A DNA stretch of 64,000 nt from Bilabrum cf. latius. Lineage: Eukaryota. Below are positions 26,229 to 38,016 of this stretch, piece by piece. The notes below the pieces were generated by a model that was given only the letters and a program-made list of their open reading frames with translations, searched no databases and had not been told where the DNA came from. The stretch spans positions 558,001-622,000 of the forward strand of contig OZ237739.1 in NCBI GenBank assembly GCA_965178125.1, read 5' to 3'. Position numbers and translations under genes: made by a program. Position 1 is the first letter of the stretch. The number at the start of each line of letters is the position of its first letter.

Positions 26229-28766
26229 ATGGAGGATTTATCCACCAAGTATGAACGCTTCGAGTCAATTGCAGAACGGGATGCAGCCGAAGATGGTGCA
26301 GTCGGTCACGCAGCAGACGCGCTGGTGGCGGGCAGCAAGCCAACATAGCCGCCAAGCCAATGCGGGTTTTCTCTGACAAAGGGGCAACTTAAAGCTTTGC
26401 GCGCATCTACTCAGCAGAAGGGTGCGGTATGGTAGATCCTGGTCCGCGCAACGATGGGGTGGCAGGTGTCGCCAGTAGCTCGCGGCAGTCGCCCAGTTCC
26501 GGCGCGCCTGCATGCGCTTCTCTTGTGCAGACTGCGCCCGGAGCGCGAGATCCGTTCTCTCACTATGTACTGGGGCCGACCTAGGGCATCAGATGTTGTT
26601 GCTGGGGTGGCTAGCATCATGAGCGGCAAGGTTCGAAGATCCTTGCGAACCAGTCGAGAATCTGGGACGGCGGTGCCTCCCGATCAGGCGTGCACGGGCC
26701 TTGATTACAGGCCTTAGCAAATATTGTTTGAGGATGCGGAGCTAGCATCTGCGGCATCTTCATTCTTGGAAGCAGCCGGCATCGCGTGCGGCGAGCTGGA
26801 GCCGTCACCGGATGCAGCGCGGTTCATGGCGCAGGTATCCACGAAAATGCTCAGTTCCGGGCAGGCACGGGCAGGCGGCTACTCCACCATGCCAGGCGTG
26901 CTCAGCACCAACGGCGTGGCGGCAAGCGACGCCGTTTCCCCGGAAGTGGCCGCCGAGCTGTGGCGAACGGCCACGCTGCTGCGTGCCCTGCGGTGCAACG
27001 CCCGCATCCACTGGCACAGGCTGGCATTCCGAGTGCAGGTGGAGGAGGAGGTGCGGATCCCTGGGGCGGGCGCTCGTTTGAAGCCCTGTGTCTTGTGGGC
27101 GCACCTGGACGAGACCGAAGGGCACCGCAGGGCAGTGCAACGAGCGGCAGAGCAGATGCAGCGGCGCCCCGGCGACGACGACGACCGAGATTCCCCAGAG
27201 TTCACGGGATCGTCCGACCGGGCCCTCTCACTCGTTACACCAAGGAGCAAGCCAGTGGTGCTAGCACCAAGCAAGGATGAATCCGAAGAGGAGCCCACGC
27301 TGTACGTGCTCCGCTCCCGGTGGGACGCCGAGCAGATGCTCATGGCGTCAGCCGACCCGGTCGGCCCGCCGAAACCGGAACAAGAGCAAGCGAGCAAAGC
27401 AGCGGCGGCAGGCTCCGGCCAGGCCGACGACCAGGCATCGATCGCAACCGCTGTTCCCCACGTTCTGGACCAGGTCTGTGCACGGTGCGGCAAGACGGCG
27501 TGGGAGAGCGCGCAGGGTGGCGGTGCATCGCACGGTGGTGCGTCGGTGAAGCCGATGGGGCGATGCAGCCGTTGCCGAAAGACGTACTACTGCTCAAGGG
27601 AGTGCCAGGCGCAGCACTACGCCGAGCACAAATCTAGCTGCAGGCGAGCCCCGAAGCGGAAGCCGGGCGAGCCGAGGCGCCCTGGAGAAGCGCTTCTGGC
27701 GTCATACCAGCTGGCCCCTTCCCTCCCCTTTGAAGACCTGGACGCGATCGACGGGCTCGCGCTGCAGCCGTGGAGGGTGCGGCGGGTCTCTCGGGAGCAG
27801 GCCGCGAGGGCGGGTGCAGCGCACGGCGGTGCACCTGGAGGCGAACCTTCGGCCGCACCTGCTGCTGGCACAAGCGGCGCGACACCGTCAGACAGCGGGG
27901 CGGAGGAGTCAGAGCTGGCCTCCGTGCTGGGCTTCCCGCTGCTGGCCAAGCTGCAGGGGTCGAGCGGCCGCGCGCGGATGCACGCGAAGGACTGCCTGGA
28001 GCTTCTCCTCGCGATGCGAGCGGTGCTGAACCTGCTTCTGTGTGACGAGTGGCTCATGCGCCCGCAAGAAGCTGTGAGCGGGCAGCCAGAGACGAAAAGC
28101 ATCGTTCTGGGCGGCGAGCAGGAGGCTGCTCGCCTGGCTGCTGCTTGCGATGCGCCTGTCAATTCCGGTGACTCTGGCAGCCGAGCGAGCAGCCTCGTGG
28201 GCGACGGAGGCAAGTCTGCGAGCAGCGGTAGCGGAGCCGCTGCCGGCAGCAGAGCGAGCAGCGACACAGCCAGCGCTCGCTGGTCAAGGTGGGCGTCGCC
28301 GTCGGATTGGGTGCCTCGCTCTCCGCGCCACCTGGCAAGGGCCTGGCCGGCATGGCTGCAGACTCGCGTGTCCGTGTGCGCCGATTTCATGCTCACAAGG
28401 GGGGAGCAGGAGGAGGTGCGCCGTGCCGTGCGAGAGGCGCTCGATGCAAACAACAGGAGCACCATCGAAGACAGAGCAAAGAAAATATCCGATCAACACG
28501 AGAGAGACGTGCGCGACACGGGGGTATTGGGCGGCGAGCAGACGGGGGTCGGATCTCTGCCAGTGGGCTCGTCCGACGACGCGCCTGCAGACTCGTGGCG
28601 TGCTGCCTGGTGGCGGGGACTGGTAGCGTGCGTGGGTCGGTGCTGCTGCTGCTGCTGCTCGTGCTCGTCGCGCCGGGGGAGGAGTAGTATTGCTGGGTAG
28701 CGCATGGGTGCAGCTGATGATTCCAGCGATGCAGACCCCCTAGTTGGAGACAAGAAAACGAAGTGA
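26229..28766 (+). CDS. MYND-type zinc finger protein (~845 aa, TAG=Gln)
   Basis: One frame from ATG 26229 to TGA 28764-28766 with 4 TAGs. MYND motif CARC..CSRCRKTYYCSRECQAQHYAEHKSSC. Confidence 0.8.
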
Positions 28767-28843
28767 CCGGTGTGAGGTGGCCTACCGGTGAAACGTTCGC
28801 GAACCTGATCTGATACCATGCTGCGGGTGCTCTATATCTAAAT

Positions 28844-29631
28844 TCAAATGTCTTCCCATGGTTCGATTCGCACGAGAGGCAGCACAACCCTGAGCTGCTG
28901 CTTTGCGCTCACCCACTGCGCCTTTCCTTTGTCCTCCTGGACTGGGCGGGGCAAGAACGTACTCAGCTTGTGCTTGGGCGTGAGTATGAGGATTGTGTGC
29001 TTCTTGACATCCAGGTCGATATCTGCTGCGCTTTCTACCCCTGGAAGATCTACTTTCACGACCATTTCTTCACATTGTCTAGAGCCGGGGTCCTTCTCGC
29101 CTAGCCCCAAGTACACGTCTTCAGCACCAACTGCCTATCGATAGATGATTTCATACCTGTGTGCAATCTGGAAATCAATGAGTACTTCACATCACATGTT
29201 TGCTGGCTTTCCTGAAGGAGACACAAGTCGACAGGAACTCTCACTGTGGCTTCTCGCGTCCGCCTAAATCAGGATCAATCGTTTCGCCCTCTTTGTCAAT
29301 TTCACTATCATCCCAAATTTCTTTTGATTCCTTTGCTGTTCCAGATGGTACACTAGCTGAACCAGAGCTGCCTGAGCCGCTGGCAGCAGACTTTGTTGCC
29401 GTTGATGGCAAGCCAATGTCGGCTGGAGATGCGATCTTTTTGGCCTGATCGCCTTCAGATTTCTGTGCAAATGACTTATTTACTCAAATCCCGAACCTTT
29501 CGCATGGATATTGTTGTGCGGGCAATCTGCTGGCTCGAAGCCGCAAGCGGTACTCTCACGCGCCCTCCGCTTTCTTGAGGAACCTGGGCTAGCAAACTAG
29601 ACAGCGCTGCCATGTCCGGATTGAAAGACAT
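28844..29631 (-). CDS. DNAAF6: Dynein axonemal assembly factor 6 (PIH1D3); introns 29463-29559 and 29157-29244
   Basis: Spliced product contains SPADIG, KEIWDDSEI and REKPQYEIIYR(Q)AVGAEDVYLGLGEKDPGSRQCEEMVVKVDLPG..IDLDV..KLSTFLPRPVQEDKGKAQW. Both introns are GTGAGA..CAG and restore the frame. TAG at 29135-29137; ends TGA. Confidence 0.88.
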
Positions 29632-29761
29632 ATTTGTCAAATTCCTCGAAGCAATAGTTTTCTCGCTGATCGGATGATTGCCGGTGAGAGAGTTTTTTCG
29701 AACCGAAAATGGATCGGAGCAGCACAGTCAACGATGCACTCTCACGCACACTGCAATACGC

Positions 29762-32700
29762 ATGCGATATCTCGATGGGCTTCTCGCTGCAGCGCTCTGT
29801 TTTACGGTTTACTCATCGTCGGTTGATAGAAAGGCCGTGATCCACAGGCATAGCCCCAACATCGTGGACCCAACTGATGTCGGCGGCTCAGTTGCAGTTG
29901 GGAACGGCTTCTTTGCGACACACACCGGGTGCACCGGGTCGTAGTCAGCGAATCAGACTCTCAATCAATATTTTGGAGTCCAAACTATGTCGGAATGGGC
30001 CTTTCATGCAATTCCGTACGAATCCAGTGGAAGACCGTTGGACTCAGCAAACTCGTGGGAAGTGAGAGCACTATGCAGTGTATTTTGAAGCTCTTAACAT
30101 TTACGAGATGCAACCATGTCCTTCATCAACACTTGATTTTGCAGGACGATGTCGATTCGTATACCGGAAAGGTCATCCCGTCGTTTACTAACCTCACTGG
30201 CAGCGAGCACAGCTGGGTCTACACAAACCCCGTGCGATACGACTTGGGCTAGTTTGCTGTTGCTGTCGTTCACGTTGGCTAGGACGGCTCCTTCTCCGGT
30301 TCCTCGTCCTCCCCCGACTCGCCCACAGCCCCGATCCAGTCATAGGATATCGTTGGCTGCCGTTCTTCGCTGGACCTGTGGAGCGGGGTGCAGCACTCGC
30401 TGTACAATGCATCCGCGGGAAGCGATGACGGGCGGGTGCTTGGCTCCGACGGCCAGGTCGCAGGCGGCGGGTTCATGGTGGAGGCCTGGACGGCGGTGCA
30501 CCCAGACGGCGACATCGTGTCGCATCGCATGCAGGTGCAGGGGCCCGCCCCCGCCGGAGATGCCGCCCCTGCGGCGGTGCCGGTGCTGGTGCCTCGCCTG
30601 GCTTTCGCATACCCCACCGGACAGCCTTCAGCCAGAGACTGGACGCCGGGAACGGGCAAAAACCACGAGACACGCGTGATGGCGAACGAATCCACTGGTG
30701 GATTCGCCACGGTCCTGCTGCAGCGCACCATCGACAACTCCACGTCCTACCGCGTCAGGTGCAATGCCACATGGCCCGCTGGGACCGTTGGTGCTGGTGG
30801 TGGTGGATGCAGCGCATGGCAGTGGGCCCGTGACCCGCGGCTCGACCACACGCTGCTGCTGGTGCCCGCTGGCTGCGCGGGTGCAGTATTCCCGCATGCC
30901 AGATCACATGGCTCGTCTCGCTTCGCTGAGGGCTACGGTGTGAGCGTGTCGTGCGGCTTTGCGCCTGTGGATCGACGGTCGGGGCGAGTGGAATACCTGG
31001 CGTACCCGCCCGTGCTTCGCGATGCAGAGGTGGTGCGGGCGCGGCAGTCGGTGATGTCTCGAGTGATGGGCGAGGGCGAGAGCTCGAGCAGCAGTGTGGT
31101 GTCGTTGGGCTCTGAGCTTCCGTCCGCGATGGCGGTGGAGGCAGCATCGGCATCGGCCTGGTCTTCGTTCTGGAGCAGCGGCGCAGCCGTGGATCTGCAG
31201 TCGGGACTGACCGAGAGTGCAGGCGGCGATGGCGCGGCGCATGAGCTGGAGAGGCGCGTGGTGCTGTCGTAGTATGCAAGCCGGGCGCTGGAGACCGGCG
31301 CGTTTCCCCCGTGTGAGTCAGGCCTGGTCCGCAACTCAGGTTGGAACGGAAAGTCCCACCTGGAGATGCGTTGGTTCCATCAGGGACACCAGCCCGCCTG
31401 GGGCCGTGCGCACCTGATCCGGGACAGGTCTGACCTGTGGTACCACGCCATCATGCGGAACGCATCATCGTACGCGAGGTACTAGGGCTACAACGGCTCG
31501 AGCATCCCCCACACCGACGTGCTGCCGGGCACGGCCACTCGCTGGCCCAAGCAGGTCGGGCTGATCGGGCCCACTGGGGACGAGAACGACCCATTCAACG
31601 GCGTGGCGTGGGCCGGCATTCCAGTACCTGGGTGGGTGGACCAGAGCACCGGTCTGGTGGAGATCACAGCTCCTAATCACATCGGACCTCGCTTGATCTG
31701 GCAGCAGCCGCACGTGTTTTGGTACGCGGAGCAGGAGCGTCTTGCGTGCATGGGCAACGCGACGTGTGAGGCCGATGTGTGCCAGTGGTGGAAGGAGCCG
31801 CTGCTATAGACGGCATCGTTCTTGGTGCAGCTGCTGGTGAGCCGGGGCGATGGGATGCATCTAGATCCGCCCCTGATTGGCGGCGAGGAGCAGGTGAGCG
31901 CACGTGAAGTTGTGATCTATCATCGCGTGTATGTGTATGAATGTGGTGTGCTTACTGCTGTGCGTCTGGTTGTCAATCTGTGTGCCATTGCCCCTTTTCG
32001 ACTGACTCGACCCCGTAGGGCAACAACTTTTCCCGCACGGTGGACCCCACATTCGAACTGGCCTACGTGCGGTGGGCCCTGGACCTGACGCAGGACTGGC
32101 TGCAGGACGATGGCAAGTGGGGCATGGGCGCATCCGAGGCCATCACACGGGCGCAGGGACGACTGGCTGCTTTGCCTGTGGGCCGGCTGGGCCGTACGTC
32201 CGCCGACGTGCAGCAGGAGCTGGACGGGTGGATGACGGCAGTTGCACCCACGGCGGCGCGCGGGGTGCGGGAGCGGCTGCTGACCAGCATGAGATCGACG
32301 CCTGGAGGTGTTTGGTCCGGCGGCACGCAGGACAAGCAGGTGTATACTTTCAACGCGGCGTGCAACTGCACCTTCTAGCTGCACAAGGCAGCCGGAGACT
32401 CATGTCCACCGTCCACATCGCATCCACTCTTCGTGGGTGCCTTTGGAGTGTTCGCGGGCCGGCAAGGCGCGCCGGGGAGCGCAGGCGCGGGCCTGGATGT
32501 GGATTTGATGAACGACACTGTGGCGGCTACGGCGGCGCTGTGGGACTGGAACTGCACGCGCGGGGATGTGTGGGGCTGGGATGCCGCTTGGCTTGCGCAG
32601 TCAATGGCTCGTCTGGGCTGGCACCCTGAAGCTGTGGCAGAGATGCTTCTGCTTCCGGCAAAGCACAACGGATTTGCAGCATACAACGGGTACAACACGG

Positions 32701-32876
32701 GCGGCGAGGGGGCGCTGGCAGCATACTTGCCTGGGAACGGCGGGCTGCTGCACACGGTGGCGCTACTGGCGAATCAGGGTGGGAGTGGGGGCTTGCCGTG
32801 GGGCGGGGTGGGCGAGGGCTTCCCGCCGTACGTGTCAACTGCACGTGCGAAGGTGACATCTGCTGGCCGAGAATGA
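29762..32876 (+). CDS. Secreted six-hairpin (alpha/alpha)6 glycoside hydrolase-like protein, copy 1; introns 30062-30144 and 31894-32018
   Basis: Signal peptide; VDRKAVIHRH..VAVGNG..TGS(Q); NPVRYDLG(Q); ELERRVVLS(Q)Y; WNGKSHLEMRWFH..WGR; ARY(Q)GY..RWPK; LIWQQPH; PTFELAY; WGWD; YLPGNGGLL. 8 coding TAGs; ends TGA. Confidence 0.8.
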
Positions 32877-35800
32877 TTTGACTATCTTTGTTCTGCTCGG
32901 TGTACAAGTGATTTTGATTGTCACCGGACTGTTCATTCGCTGCAGCATCGATCCTGCCGCCGCAATCCTGCTGGCGAACCGGTGGCATACCATAGCCTCG
33001 TCCACCTGCCGGTCGGTAGAGCGTGCGACTGTTAATCGCAAAGTCGTGGGTTCGATCCCCACCGGAACCGACTGCCAACATTTTTTTTCTTTGCCGAGCT
33101 AGCCAGCCCCAACGCACACGCTCTTGCCACTTAAGAGCACGCTTTTGGGGGTTTACATTGTCATCACAACGCCATCACAGACCATTGATTTACTGCTGAT
33201 ACGCACCGATGCACAGCAAACTTGTCCCATATTGCATGGGATGGGCGCGCATTCGCCCCCGGGGCATAGCGACAGCTCCGGCCCACCCCAGGCGTCCGAC
33301 CCGAAATGCAGCCGACCCGACCGATCGGAGGTACCTGACCGAGATGAAGCCCTCCGGGCGAACAATGTCTACAGCCACACTTTGTGTACCATGCAGCACA
33401 TCCTGTATGTACCCCACACCTACCCATTCCGCGAACAGCCCGATTGGAACACACCCACCAGACCATCAGGCCCACTCGTTCGTGGAGTCGCCCGTGATAC
33501 TCTTAAAGCAATGCATGGCCACTTGGGTGGGCTGGGGTGCGAAGGCCGGCGCCCGATTGCACGCATTGAGATTACGCTTTGCATGCAGCCGGTCGCGTGA
33601 CGGCCAGCCAACAACCCATCCTTGCCCCTCCCCGTTGCAGCACCCATTGTCTGCCACGACATGCGCGGCGTACGATACACATGTGGGGGAGTGGTGGGTG
33701 AAGTAGCTGGATATCAAGCCGCCCTTTTGATGCATAAGGCACAAGAACTCTTTCTTCTGTCTCAGTCGCGACCAGCTGGCTGCATTAGCTGGAGGGCAGC
33801 GAGACGTACGGCGGGAAGCCCTCGCCCACCCCGCCCCACGGCAAGCCCCCACTCCCACCCTGACTCGCCAGCAGCGCCACCGTGTGCAGCAGCCCGCCGT
33901 TCCCAGGCAAGTATGCTGCCAGCGCCCCCTCGCCGCCCGTGTTGTACCCGTTGTATGCTGCAAATCCGTTGTGCTTTGCCGGAAGCAGAAGCATCTCTGC
34001 CACAGCTTCAGGGTGCCAGCCCAGACGAGCCATCGACTGTGCAAGCCAAGCGGCATCCCAGCCCCACACATCCCCGCGCGTGCAGTTCCAGTCCCACAGC
34101 GCCGCCGTAGCCGCCACAGTGTCGTTCATCAAATCCACATCCAGGCCCGCGCCTGCGCTCCCCGGCGCGCCTTGCCTGCCCGCGAACACTCCAAAGGCAC
34201 CCACGAAGAGTGGATGCGATGTGGACGGTGGACATGAGTCTCCGGCTGCCTTGTGCAGCTAGAAGGTGCAGTTGCACGCCGCGTTGAAAGTATACACCTG
34301 CTTGTCCTGCGTGCCGCCGGACCAAACACCTCCAGGCGTCGATCCCATGCTGGTCAGCAGCCGCTCCCGCACCCCGCGCGCCGCCGTGGGTGCAACTGCC
34401 GTCATCCACCCGTCCAGCTCCTGCTGCACATCGGCGGACGTACGGCCCAGCCGGCCCACAGGCAAAGCAGCCAGTCGTCCCTGCGCCCGTGTGATGGCCT
34501 CGGATGCGCCCATGCCCCACTTGCCATCGTCCTGCAGCCAGTCCTGCGTCAGGTCCAGGGCCCACCGCACGTAGGCCAGTTCGAATGTGGGGTCCACCGT
34601 GCGGGAAAAGTTGTTGCCCTGCGGGGTCGAGTCAGTCGAAAAGGGGCAATAGCACACAGATTGACAACCGGACGCACAGCAGTAAGCACACCACATTCAT
34701 ACACATACACGCGATGATAGATCACAACTTCACGCGCGCTCACCTGCTCCTCGCCGCCAATCAGGGGCGGATCTAGATGCATCCCATCGCCCCGGCTCAC
34801 CAGCAGCTGCACCAAGAACGATGCCGTCTATAGCAGCGGCTCCTTCCACCACTGGCACACATCGGCCTCACACGTCGCGTTGCCCATGCACGCAAGACGC
34901 TCCTGCTCCGCGTACCAAAACACGTGCGGCTGCTGCCAGATCAGGCGAGGTCCGATGGGGCTGGGAGCTGTGATCTCCACCAGACGGGTGCTCTGGTCCA
35001 CCCACCCGGGTACTGGAATGCCGGCCCACGCCACGCCGTTGAATGGGTCGTTCTCGTCCCCAGTGGGCCCGATCAGCCCGACCTGCTTGGGCCAGCGAGT
35101 GGCCGTGCCGGGCAGCACGTCGTTTTGGGGGATGCTCGAGCCGTTGTACCCCTAGTACCTCGCGTACGATGATGCGTTCCGCATGATGGCGTGGTACCAC
35201 AGGTCAGACCTGTCCCGGATCAGGTGCGCACGGCCCCAGGCGGGCTGGTGTCCCTGATGGAACCAACGCATCTCTAGGTGGCCTTTGCCGTGCCACGGGT
35301 CATTGCGCACCAAGGCAGACTCCCCCGGCGGTGACATGCCGGTTTCCAGCGCCCGGCTTGCATACTACGACAGCACCACGCGCCTCTCCAGCTCATGCGC
35401 CGCGCCATCGCCGCCTGCACACTCGGCCAGTCCCGGCTGCAGATCCACGGCTGCGCCGCTGCTCCAGAACGAAGACCAGGCCGATGCCGATGCTGCCTCC
35501 ACCGCCATCGCGGACGGAAGCTCAGAGCCCAACGACACCACGCCGCTGCTCGAGCTCTCGCCCTCGCCCATCACTCGAGACATCACCGACTGCCGCGCCC
35601 GCACCACCTCTGCATCGCGAAGCACGGGCGGGTACGCCAGGTATTCCACTCGCCCCGACCGTCGATCCACAGGCGCAAAGCCGCACGACACGCTCACACC
35701 GTAGCCCTCAGCGAAGCGAGACGAGCCATGCGATCTGGCATGCGGTAAGACTGCACCCGCGCAGCCAGCGGGCACCAGCAGCAGCGTGTGGTCGAGCCGC

Positions 35801-36390
35801 GGGTCACGGGCCCACTGCCATGCGCTGCATCCACCACCAGCAGCACCAACGGTCCCAGCGGGCCATGTGGCATTGCACCTGACGCGGTAGGACGTGGAGT
35901 TGTCGATAGTGCGCTGCAGCAGGACCGTGGCGAATCCACCAGTGGATTCGTTCGCCACCACGCGAGTTTCGTGGCCCTTGGGAGTCCAGTCCCGCATGGT
36001 CGGCTCGCTACTGGGGTATGCGAAAGCCAGGCGAGGCACCAGCACCGGCACCGCCGCAGGGGCGGCATCTCCGGCGGGGGCGGGCCCCTGCACCTCCATG
36101 CGATGCGACACGATGTCGCCGTCTGGGTGCACCGCCGTCCAGGCCTCCACCATGAACCCGCCGCCTGCGACCTGGCCGTCGGAGCCAAGCACCCGCCCGT
36201 CATCGCTTCCCGCGGATGCATTGTACAGCGAGTGCTGCACCCCGCTCCACAGGTCCAGCGAAGACCGGCAGCCAACGATATCCTGTGACTGGATCGGGGC
36301 TGTGGGCGAGTCGGGGGAGGAAGAGGAACCCGAGAAGGAGCCATCCTAGCCGACGTGAACGACAGCAACAGCAAACTAGCCCAAGTCGTA
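30238..36390. repeat. Large inverted duplication: arms ~30238-32833 and ~33804-36390, spacer ~970 bp
   Basis: The arms are near-identical reverse complements, including the second intron. The ORF track shows mirrored translations. Confidence 0.95.
33012..33070 (+). pseudogene. 5'-truncated tRNA-Asn(GTT)
   Basis: gtcggtagagc-g-tgcga-ctGTTaa-tcgca-aagtc-gtggg-ttcgatc-cccac-cggaaccg followed by a T8 run. The 5' acceptor strand and 5' D-stem strand (ggttccgtagctca) are absent. Confidence 0.8.
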
Positions 36391-36876
36391 TTGTACTGGG
36401 TTAGTATGCAACCACTTTTGCTGAGTAGACGTCTCGTTCGTAAACGACGGGATCGTCTCTCCAGTGTACAAGTCAATATCATGCTGCCAGAGCAAAGGGT
36501 CAGGATAGTGAAGCATTGCTATGCATACTAACAAAACCAATATATGCACTGGAAATCAATGGGGCGCATCGGCAGATGGTCTTACCTCCCAGAGGTACGG
36601 ATTTCGGAAAGGAGATTCCCCTCTCGGTTGAGGTGGGATAGCATGGGATGCCCATTCCGCCTTGCTGTACGCACCAAAGTACGTGTCTAGACTCCCGTTC
36701 ATCGATTGAGCCCCTGTACAACCCGAGTGTGCCGCGAACATACCGTTGCCAACTGCAACTGAGCCGCCGACATCTCTTGGATCGGTGATCAATGGATTGT
36801 GCCTAGAAACAACGGCCTATCGGTCAATGGCTGCTGCTGTAGCTACACATAGGATGATGGCAATCCTGCCGCTCAT
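33785..36876 (-). CDS. Secreted six-hairpin glycoside hydrolase-like protein, copy 2; introns 36484-36585 and ~34619-34743
   Basis: Paralogue of 29762-32876 with its own signal peptide MSGRIAIILCVATAAA. Same motifs and intron positions; 7 coding TAGs; ends TAA 33785-33787. Confidence 0.8.
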
Positions 36877-36998
36877 TTTTTCTGAGGCTGATTTATTGAA
36901 GGCAATTAAGCGGGCACACGGTATGGCCTAGGGCCCGGATTCCGGATTCCGGGATTCAGCAGCGCCGCGTGCCCAAGGTCTTGTGGGCCAAGGCGTGC

Positions 36999-37184
36999 CC
37001 TGGGAACGGCGGGCTGCTGCACACGGTGGCGCTGCTGGCGAGTGGGGGTGGCAGTGGGGGCTTGCTTGCCTTGGGGCGGGGTGGGCGAGGGCTTCCCGCC
37101 GAACGTGTCAACTGCCCTCCAGCCAATGCAGCCAGCTGGTCGCGACTGAGACAGAAGCAAGAGTTCCTGTGCCTTATGCATCAA
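36999..37184 (+). pseudogene. Third, frameshifted fragment of the glycosidase 3' end plus copy-2 3' flank
   Basis: Encodes PGNGGLLHTVALLAS, then carries a 4-nt insertion (ggcttgcttgcc). It is the reverse complement of ~33727-33907. Confidence 0.85.
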
Positions 37185-37571
37185 CTTGCGCTATCAGCCT
37201 CAATTCAAGGGCGGCACGATCGCCAGCTACTTCACAGGGACGGGAGGCCATGCAGCGACGAGGCCAGTCGACGCGCATTGGAAAAGTGGTGCGTACATTT
37301 GTAGTATCAGAGGTATACCGCGTTCAGGTGGGCTGGTGAAGAACAAGTCGTTCGGGGTAAATTAATTAAGTTCCGGGGGCAGACGACCGTCCGATGGGCT
37401 ATGTATGTATGTGTGGTCTTCTTTCCTGACAAATTCTCAATATATTAGCCACAGGAGCTCCAGTACCACAACATTCTTCCATTGAGACAGCGCAGACAAA
37501 AAACATCGTCAGTTAGCTAGGCCGCAAGCGAAGGAATTGAGAAGCGGTCAGTTGGATCCAAAAAAGGTTGA

Positions 37572-37644
37572 CGGTTCCGGTGGGTCTCGATCCCACGACC
37601 TCGCGATTAACAGTCGCACGCTCTTCCAGTTGAGCTACGGAACC
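37572..37644 (-). tRNA. trnN: tRNA-Asn(GTT)
   Basis: Full cloverleaf: acceptor GGTTCCG/CGGAACC, D-stem GCTC/GAGC, anticodon arm TGCGA-CTGTTAA-TCGCG, T-arm GTGGG-ATCGAGA-CCCAC. A downstream T6 Pol III terminator is present. Confidence 0.93.
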
Positions 37645-38016
37645 ACTTGACCAAAGCCCCTAATTAAGAAATACAATCAGATGCATAAATAATCATAGTT
37701 TCGATTAAAGCATTTTTTCTCCAAAGCGCGCCGTTCATCCACGTGCAAAATCATTTTATCCGCCGGTTCGGTGCAAGCGGCATTACTGAATTTATCCATT
37801 CAAAGTCAAGGGTGAGATCAGTGCAGTTTCTGGTGAACGATGGCACTGCTATCTCGGGTAGATGCTCTCGGCGCGACACCCGTTGGCGCATCCAGCCAGC
37901 GATCACCGTGCATGTTGTGCAATTCGCACTGTACCCGAGCTGGTGCGATAATATCTAGTGACTGATTATTTAATAATCAGAAGCAGTTCTTGGCATCGCA
38001 GCGAGTACGACACAGC

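Noticed and set aside
32016-32018. TAG (copy 1) versus CAG (copy 2, 34619-34621) as another codon swap
   Set aside because: This is the YAG splice acceptor of intron 2 (CTGAC branch-like site upstream, and the frame changes across it), so it is not evidence for the code.
33124-33706. ORFs in the spacer between the inverted glycosidase genes
   Set aside because: No motifs or coding-like composition, and several conflicting frames.
32877-37800. Search for a suppressor tRNA-Gln(CUA) in this and other intergenic regions
   Set aside because: Both tRNA-like sequences have GTT (Asn) anticodons. I saw no CTA-anticodon cloverleaf by eye, so it would have to lie outside the window.
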